Assembly: GCF_009914755.1 (NCBI RefSeq)
Contig: NC_060942.1
Strand: one strand, 5' to 3'
DNA length: 64,000 bases
DNA from: the human T2T-CHM13v2.0 reference genome, Homo sapiens
Position numbers and translations under genes: made by a program. Every line of letters starts with the position of its first letter. The first letter of the stretch is position 1. Below the pieces are notes generated by a model. That model saw nothing but the letters and a program-made list of their open reading frames with translations, made no database searches and was not told the origin of the DNA. This document shows positions 56,491-64,000 of the stretch, piece by piece.

Positions 56491-59400
56491 TGATTATTGG
56501 TTGCAGGTCTACTCAGCTCTGGTTTTGGAAACTAAAAAGTCTTATGATTTTTGATGCATTCATGAATATAAATTACTCAGAGTTTTTGGCTTCTTTTGTA
56601 GTAGTCTCTCTTGGAAACATTTCCTTTTCATGATTATATTTTAAAGAAAACACCATCAACACAGTATAAGAGTTTACTTGGGATTGTCCTCTGGCATTAT
56701 TAACAAAAGGGTTGCTGTTTTAATTATTTTGTAGCTTATTTCCAATGGTCATTTTGAAGGCTTTTCAAAAGTTTGTTGGACTTTTAGGCCACAAAAAAAG
56801 ACATTCAACAAACATATATTAAACACTCACTCTGAGCAAGAAATTGTACTTCTTGTTTGGAACACAAAGGTAATATGACATAGTCCATTCTCTCAAGAAA
56901 AACAAAATACTGGGAGACATCTTCAGAGAAAGGTAAATTGTGGTCATTAGATCTGTTTTAGCAATTGTGGTTGAAAATCTGTAACCTGTTATTTTAATCA
57001 ATATGGAGTGTGTCTGGGCCAGTTGCTTAGGGGAGAAACATGAGTCCTAAAAGAGTAAGGGGAGAGCATTTTTCACTTCATTCTAAAATCTAAAATATAT
57101 ATTATATATTTACATATTATATATATCTTAATGTATAAATATATATTCTATAACTATATCATAGAAATATATATGCAATTGAAAACAAGCATATCTAGAG
57201 TCACCAGAACCAAGAAATCTGTTTACCTTTAATGGAAGATTTAAGCAGATTAAATTTTCTTCATATAATCTCTCCAATATTTTGCAAATTTTGTGTCTGA
57301 TGGTTGGACTGTCAGATCTTATGACCATTTACTATAAGAGTCATCACCAGACTATTGAAAGAAATGTGGAATTAACATTACTATAGCCTTTACAAAGGCA
57401 AGGTACTAATGAAATGTACCTTGCAATAATTTTGGACATTCAAATTAATTAGAATTAAAATGAATATGTTATTTTCCTAGAAACAATAGTCACTCTCTGA
57501 AGCTCTACAAATACTGTAGTTATAAAAATTATAATTTTTTCTGAAATAGCTAAAATGTGTGAAGCTTAATCTGTAATGCCTCGTAGCCAATGAAGCTGTG
57601 TCAAGTTTCTGCCATTGATTAAATGTAGTAGCAGAGCTGGAGCATTTAATCAATCATAAAACCACTTTAATGCATTGTATCACTCTAAAGCTAGAGCGAT
57701 TAGGGCAGTTGCACTGCAGGCCAGAATGCAAAATGCAGAACAATAAAAGGGAAGGGAAAATAGTCTATGTCCAGGTCTTCATGTTTCAAAACGTGCAAAT
57801 GGATAGTTTTGTATGCATCATGTGTGTCATTTTACTGGCACAGATATGGCAAAGCAATCATTATTTGCAATGTGTAGAGCTATGTCTGCACACATATAAG
57901 TGAGCATAAACAAGTATAGTAGTTTGAGAAAAAATAATAATGGATTTTGAACAATGATGAATATTTTATGCAGTATGTCACTTCTGAAAGTTACTTAATT
58001 CCCACCTAAATGAGAATTTCTAATGTTACTCATACCACTGCCACAGGAAAAAAGAAGTTATTGCCAGAAGAAGAAAGAAGAGGAGAAGAAAGAGGTATGG
58101 GGAAAGAGAAAGGAAGGAAACGGGGAGAGGAAGAACTGAGGCCATGTGACTCGTATATCAGATTTGATATAATAGGATGGTCAGTGTAGGGATCACCATG
58201 TGACATAGAATGATAAGACCAAAGAAAATAATGATGGGGTGAGACCATACAAAGAAAGAAGATAGATGAATGATCTAATTAAATGGATGAATGAGGATTT
58301 TTCTTGGTCCATTATGAGGAAGAATTATAGTGAATACCACAACCACATGGTATTGATAAATTGCAATTCGTTTTACCTACATATATAACCTATATATATA
58401 TATATATAATATTATATTTAGTTCAGAATTAATCTGTTTATATCATAGTATTCGATTAATGTTCATATTCAATTAATTCCTTTGTGATCTTTGTCAAGTC
58501 TTGAGGCAATAGAACCTCAGCATTGCTGAGGAGAAATCCCTCAAAGAGTTGGATCCAAACTGACATTTGAAGTTGAAACTATGGATTCCAACACTGATAG
58601 AAAGGCAAGCATGATCCCTGACAATGATCTCATGTTATATCACTCTGCAGTATTTACTGCTGAAATGTTTACCCATTTGTACAACTAAACTGAAGAGGAG
58701 TCTGGCTTTGCAATACTTCCATGGAGCCTGGCCCTCACCTTTTCTTCATGCTCAAATTTTAGCTTTAATATTTTGGAATATATTGTGGGTTTTGATTATT
58801 AATCAGACCTGTGTACCTTTATTATTTTGCATGGATGCCAACTTTGATTGTACAATGACAGTCATACAATAAGCACCATATAAATACTAACAAAATTACC
58901 ACCTCAGGTTTGAAGCTTTGAGCTGGTACTGAGCATATTAAATGACTACTGTCTTCAAGGAATTGTTAATATTACCGAAAAGCCAATGTTAGTACATATG
59001 ACATTACATGTAAATATCTTATATAATAGAGCATATAAATACAAATTGCAGGCTAAAATTATTGTAAGAGCTGAGAAAAATTCAAAGACAAATATGACCA
59101 GTGAGAACAAAATTGATCAAGCAAGACTTCAAGGGGGAGGTAGGATGAAACTCAAGCCATCATGATAAATTAGACTACTTAAAATAAGTAGAAAAATTGA
59201 TCAAGACAATTTAGAAGCATCATAGGCTTAAGAAGCATCCCAAAGTTGCCTGTTAAACGACTGAGGGAATAAAGACTTTAGGGGTGGATCAAAAACATTA
59301 GAGAAGACAAGGACCTGAGCATAAGTGCTTCAGAAGACAATATTTTCCAAAAAAGTTTCAAGGTGAATATTTCTAATGTGGCATCTGTTCATGCATTTCT

Positions 59401-59689
59401 TTTGTTGACACAGTGTAACCATGCTGAGGAAATTCCTGAGAGAGTGGGACCAAGGAGGGCACTTGGTTTTAATTCAAGTTAAGGAGTGGCTTTGAGTGTG
59501 CACAGGATTATCCTAAAGGTGCTGAGTGTTTGAAGACAGTATGGGGTCATGTGGGTGGGCAAAGAGAAGTACTTGACTTTGGAAGACTGACTTCTTTTAT
59601 TCAGTATTTCATAGCAGGCTCTGACTATCCACATACATGTCTGAGATGCTGTTTATCTCCCAGTTTTTATCTTCTGTCTTTTCCTTTTA

Positions 59690-60510
59690 GAATTAGAGCC
59701 TCTAAATTTTAACTGGACACACGCTACCCAAAATAAAGTCTTAAATTTCCAGACTTCTTTGTACTTAGTTGCAGCCATTTGTCTAAGTTTTGGCTAATGG
59801 GATGTAAACAAATTCATATTTTGAGTTTCCAGGTTATGCCCTCCTTGTGGTTTGAATCTGTATTGCTGCTAAATCTCATGCTAAAATGTAATCCCTGGTG
59901 TTGGAGGTGGGGCCTGGTGGGAGGTGTTTGGATCATGGGGGAGAATACCTCATGAGTGGCCTAGCACCATCCGCTTGGTGATGATTGAGTTCATGCAAGA
60001 AATGGTTGTTTAAAAGTGTGTGGCACCTCGCACTCTCTCTCTTTCTCTGGCTCCCACTATTTTCCATGTGACATGCTGCTTCCATTTCGCCTTCCACCAT
60101 GATTGTAAGCTACCAGAGGCCTTCCCAGAAGCTAAGCAGATTCTGGCACCATGCTTCCTGCACAGCCTGTCAAACTGTGAACCAATTAAACCCTTCTACA
60201 TAAATTGCCCTGTTTCAGGCATTTATTTATAGCAATGCAAAGAACAGCTTAATAAAACCCTTAAAAGAGAATGGACATGATCTTTATGTCCTCTTCTTCC
60301 CCTTTCCTGTGGAGTTGAATGTGAATGTGGTGATGAGCTATCTTGGACCATGAAAGATGAGGGCAGAGCACTAGGAAGGGCAGAGCTACAAGATAGAAGG
60401 AGGCAAAATCTCCAGCTCTGTTGTGTCATCATGCTAGCCTTCGACTACCTAACATACATAAGAGAGAATTGCACTACTGTTTAACTTAGGCCAGTATATT
60501 TGGGGGTCTT
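59690..60510 (+). mobile_element. MLT1J-like LTR split by an MST LTR
   Basis: atttccagacttctttgtacttagttgcagccat...ctaagttttggctaatgggatgtaa; resumes ctatcttggaccatga after 60256. Confidence 0.55.
59843..60256 (+). mobile_element. MSTA/B-like MaLR solo LTR
   Basis: aaatctcatg...tgttggaggtggggcctggtgggaggtgtttggatcatgggg...ccaattaaacc; TSD gccct/accct. Confidence 0.88.
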
Positions 60511-61522
60511 TTTCTTTCTACGGTTGTTGGCAAGAGGTAAATATTTTGATGATTGCTTACTAAAGGCTTATTGATTACTTGAGTAAATTAAGAACAGGTG
60601 TTTCAATATTCACTCATAGCATGTGCTTTGATCACATTTTACTTGTAAAGAATTTGGTTTCCTTCTTAGCCTTGGGCATAATTCACTCTGCAGGAAGAAC
60701 GGCAGCTTTATGGCCCCATCTATGTTTTTCCCATATTCATTCACATTGATAGTGGAGCAAGGTACCATGAACATGTGATTTGATGTTTCTGAGTGTTTTG
60801 TGTCACTGCTTTTGTTACTAGAGGAAGACAGCTGCTTATTTCATGATCCTTATTTTGGAGGTTCTTTTGAGATTAGTTTGAACACATTGAAGCACATAAC
60901 TTTTTTACAAAGGTTATCATGTCTCTACTTTGAACTTTGAAAAGAATAGAAGAGAAGTAATCATTTGCAAGCAGCTGTTGTGTGGGGTCCTTCATGTCAG
61001 CAGGTCATGACAAGCAGAGACACAGAGGTTTGTTCTCCGTTGGGTTTCATAATTTCATTTCCCTGACTTCATTAACACCGAAAATTGATGGTTATGACAT
61101 TTAAAAGCATGTGAGTGTTGAAGTCAGACCTGGGTGATGTTATCAAGAGAATAAATGCTTTCCAAAAGTCAATGGATGTTACCTCTTGCTTCATTTCCTC
61201 TGCCGCTACCATCTGCTAATTCTAGAATCATTTCTGACTGAAGCAAAGGATTAGCACCTTTGCAACAGTGCCCTTCCAGGCCAGCAGGGTGAGTCCTCCC
61301 TGTACTCTGAAGGAGAGAGATGTGGTTTAAATCAGGTTATAAACCCATAGCCTCTGAGCTAATCAGCAGTGGGAAATTTCTGGGAAGGCAGGTCCAGGGT
61401 TATCAAACTCTATTAGAAGCAAGAGCATCGGTTATGCAAATAGCATCATAGTAACAAAGTCAAAATCCCTGTGGAAAAACATTTTTCTTTCACACTTCTC
61501 ATTGAGATATAAAGCGCATTAA

Positions 61523-61668
61523 CATTTTAAAAACAGCTTTATTGAGGTATAATTGACATATAATAAACTGCACATATTTAAGTGAACATTTTATAAGTTT
61601 TGGCACTTATATATTTGGGAAGTCACCACCACAGTCAAAATAATCAGCATGCCCATCAGTCCCAAAAG
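61523..61668 (-). mobile_element. L1MB/ME-like 3' terminus
   Basis: aacagctttattgaggtataattgacatataataaactgcacatattta. Confidence 0.7.
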
Positions 61669-62609
61669 TTTTATTTTTAAATTGTATTTATTTTTTTACT
61701 TTTATTTTTAGTTGACATATTATAATTTTACATAATTATGGGATATAGAGTGATATTTCAATACATATGCAATGTATAATGATCAAATCAAGGATATTAT
61801 TATTTCTATCACGTCAAAGATTTATAATTTGTGTTGTATACATTCAAAATCCTGTCTTCTAGCTTTTTGAAAACATGCAATAAATAATAGTTAAGCATAT
61901 TTATCCTACAGTGCTGTAGGACCCAATAACTCATTTCTCCCATTTAGCTGTAATTTTGTACCCATTAACCAAACTTTTCCTATCCTCCCCTCCCTACTAC
62001 CCTTCCTAGCCCTAAGAATCACAATTCTACTTTCTACTTGTATGAACTCAAATTTGTTTAGCTTCCATGTATGAGTGAAAACATGTGGTATTTATCTTTC
62101 TGTGCCTGACTTATTTCACTTAACATAATGTCCTTCAGCCTCATCCATTTTTCCATGAATGACACGATTTCATTCTTGTTTTTTTTTTTTTTTTTTTGGC
62201 CGAATAGTGTTCCATTGTGTATATATACCACATTTTCTTTATCCATTCATCTGCTGATGAACATTTAGGTTGATTTCATATCTCAGCTCTTGTGAATAGT
62301 GCTGCAATAAACATAGGAATGTGGATATCTCTTCAACATGTTGATTCCTTTACTTTGAATAAATGCCCAGTAGAATTGCTAGATTATATAGTAGTTTTAT
62401 TTTTAGCTTTTTTTAAGAACTTCCATGCTGTTTTATGTAATTGATTTTCCAATTGACATTCCCACCAATAGTGTGTAAGAGTTCTCTTTTCTCTACATCC
62501 TTGCCAGCATTTGTTATTTTTTTCTTTTTAATAATAGCCATTCTAACTAAAGTGAAATGATATCTCAGTGTAGTTTTGATTGCATTTCCCTGATGATTAG
62601 TAATGTTGG
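61669..62609 (-). mobile_element. 5'-truncated L1MA (MA4-6-like)
   Basis: T-rich tail; tgtataatgatcaaatca; ORF2 C-terminal fragment IMLSEISQAQKDKYHMFSLI. Confidence 0.85.
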
Positions 62610-64000
62610 AAAAATTACATTTTTGCTTCTGCTTATTTTCTTACATTTCTTTCTTTCCTATCTTCTACCATTCCACCTTCTTCTTGATGAAGAAATAGTA
62701 CTTACAAGGTCATATGGGAGGTGAACATAGTAGGATGTGAGGAAGTGAAGGTTCAGTAGCCCCAGAGTTCTGTGGTATGGAAAGATAGGCAAACATGTCT
62801 GCAAAGCTGCCTATTCTTCCTGCTCCAGAAGCAGCCCTGCTCAGTATCCACACCTAGCAAGGTACCCAACAAAGATTCAGTGACATTCAAGTCTATCAAG
62901 GAGATTTCCTAATTTATGTATGTGGGATTTGCAAACTTCACCATAATGTATTCTGAAAGTTTTGCATTCTTTCGACAAGATATATTGAATCTCAGGCCCT
63001 GGTCTCTGATTGATCCCAACACTGGGGTCATATGTTAGAGTGCTACACAGTTATCTGACAAGCCTTTATTATATATTGTAAAAGGCTAGCATCCTGGTGA
63101 GAATCCTCAAAGGTCATTCCTGGAAAAGGGCTTTAGGCTTTTTAATTGGGTGAGAAATGGGGAGCTGTTTCCACTCACGGTGTTGGCAGTACCAAATACA
63201 TGCTGTTGGCTCCAGCTGCCTTTATCAAGGTGTGGGATGCCCGTTTGGAGAGAACTGCCTTAAACCAAGGTCATGACATTCATTCTCAACATGAGAGAAA
63301 TTGATTTTTTAAATTTCTGTTTCATAGCTTTAGAGTGCTTGTAACCTAGGCCAGCCTACTCCAAATAAATATCCTGGGAACCAAGAGGACCCCAAAGGAG
63401 CATTGATATGGCATGCCACCAACAGCTTCCCTTGGAAAAATCGGGAAGTCAGCAAAACTTAGAATTTTGCCTGTCATTTTACTCAGATTTCTTCCTTTCT
63501 CGGGTCTCTATTGGATGAGCAAATCTTAGAAATTTCCGCAAAGGATACTGGTAATAACACAACTTGTGACTACTAAGAGAGATTTAATCAATGTCTTGAG
63601 GTTTAAAAGCCCCAAACCTCAAAGGAATAAAACTGTAATGATTGAATGAAAGCCTATTTGTTTAAGGTTTGGGGAAGGAAACTAGGACACAGGCCCCATA
63701 AATCAAATTGCTGACAGGCTTCCATCCAGCCTGGCTAATCCATTTCCTCACCTGGGGTAAAGAAAGCAAAACACCAATAGTAGATCAAGAATACCAGCTG
63801 CATACAAGGACATTATATATATTAAAAAATTATCTTGGGGGGCCATCATGGGCCCTTTCTCATACTAGCCGACTCACCTTAGAAATATTACTTCCTCATT
63901 GTTTTGCTGAAGAAGTTAGGATAGATGATTTTATCTAGCCGCTTGAAGTGAATCTCTTTTTCTCTCTGTCTCCTGTGGCACACAGGGAAATCAGTGAGAG

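Noticed and set aside
57095-57175. AT-rich quasi-palindromic stretch
   Set aside because: Degenerate (TA)n low-complexity sequence

Overview
AT-rich, CpG-poor non-coding DNA from a simian primate, probably human or another catarrhine, judged from AluS, L1PA, THE1/MST and MER34/39-type repeats. It is either intergenic or a deep intron. I find no supportable host protein-coding exon, RNA gene or CpG island. The only protein-like ORFs are LINE-1 ORF1/ORF2 fragments and an open antisense ORF0-like frame; the other listed ORFs are repeat-derived or chance. Much of the window is transposable-element sequence: about 11 Alu/FLAM copies, many L1 fragments (all on the minus strand), about 18 LTRs, MIR/L2/CR1 relics and DNA-transposon MITEs. 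Subfamily names are from memory of consensus sequences, not from a RepeatMasker run, and boundaries of old elements are approximate. I see no new gene system. The most notable observations are (1) three clear and one weaker 23-83 bp copies of nearby DNA (0.9-2.1 kb away) pasted inside repeats, with microhomology or snap-back junctions that resemble templated repair scars, and (2) a seamless full-length L1 that appears to be a chimera of an old 3' half and a younger 5' half, suggesting an L1-L1 recombination deletion.
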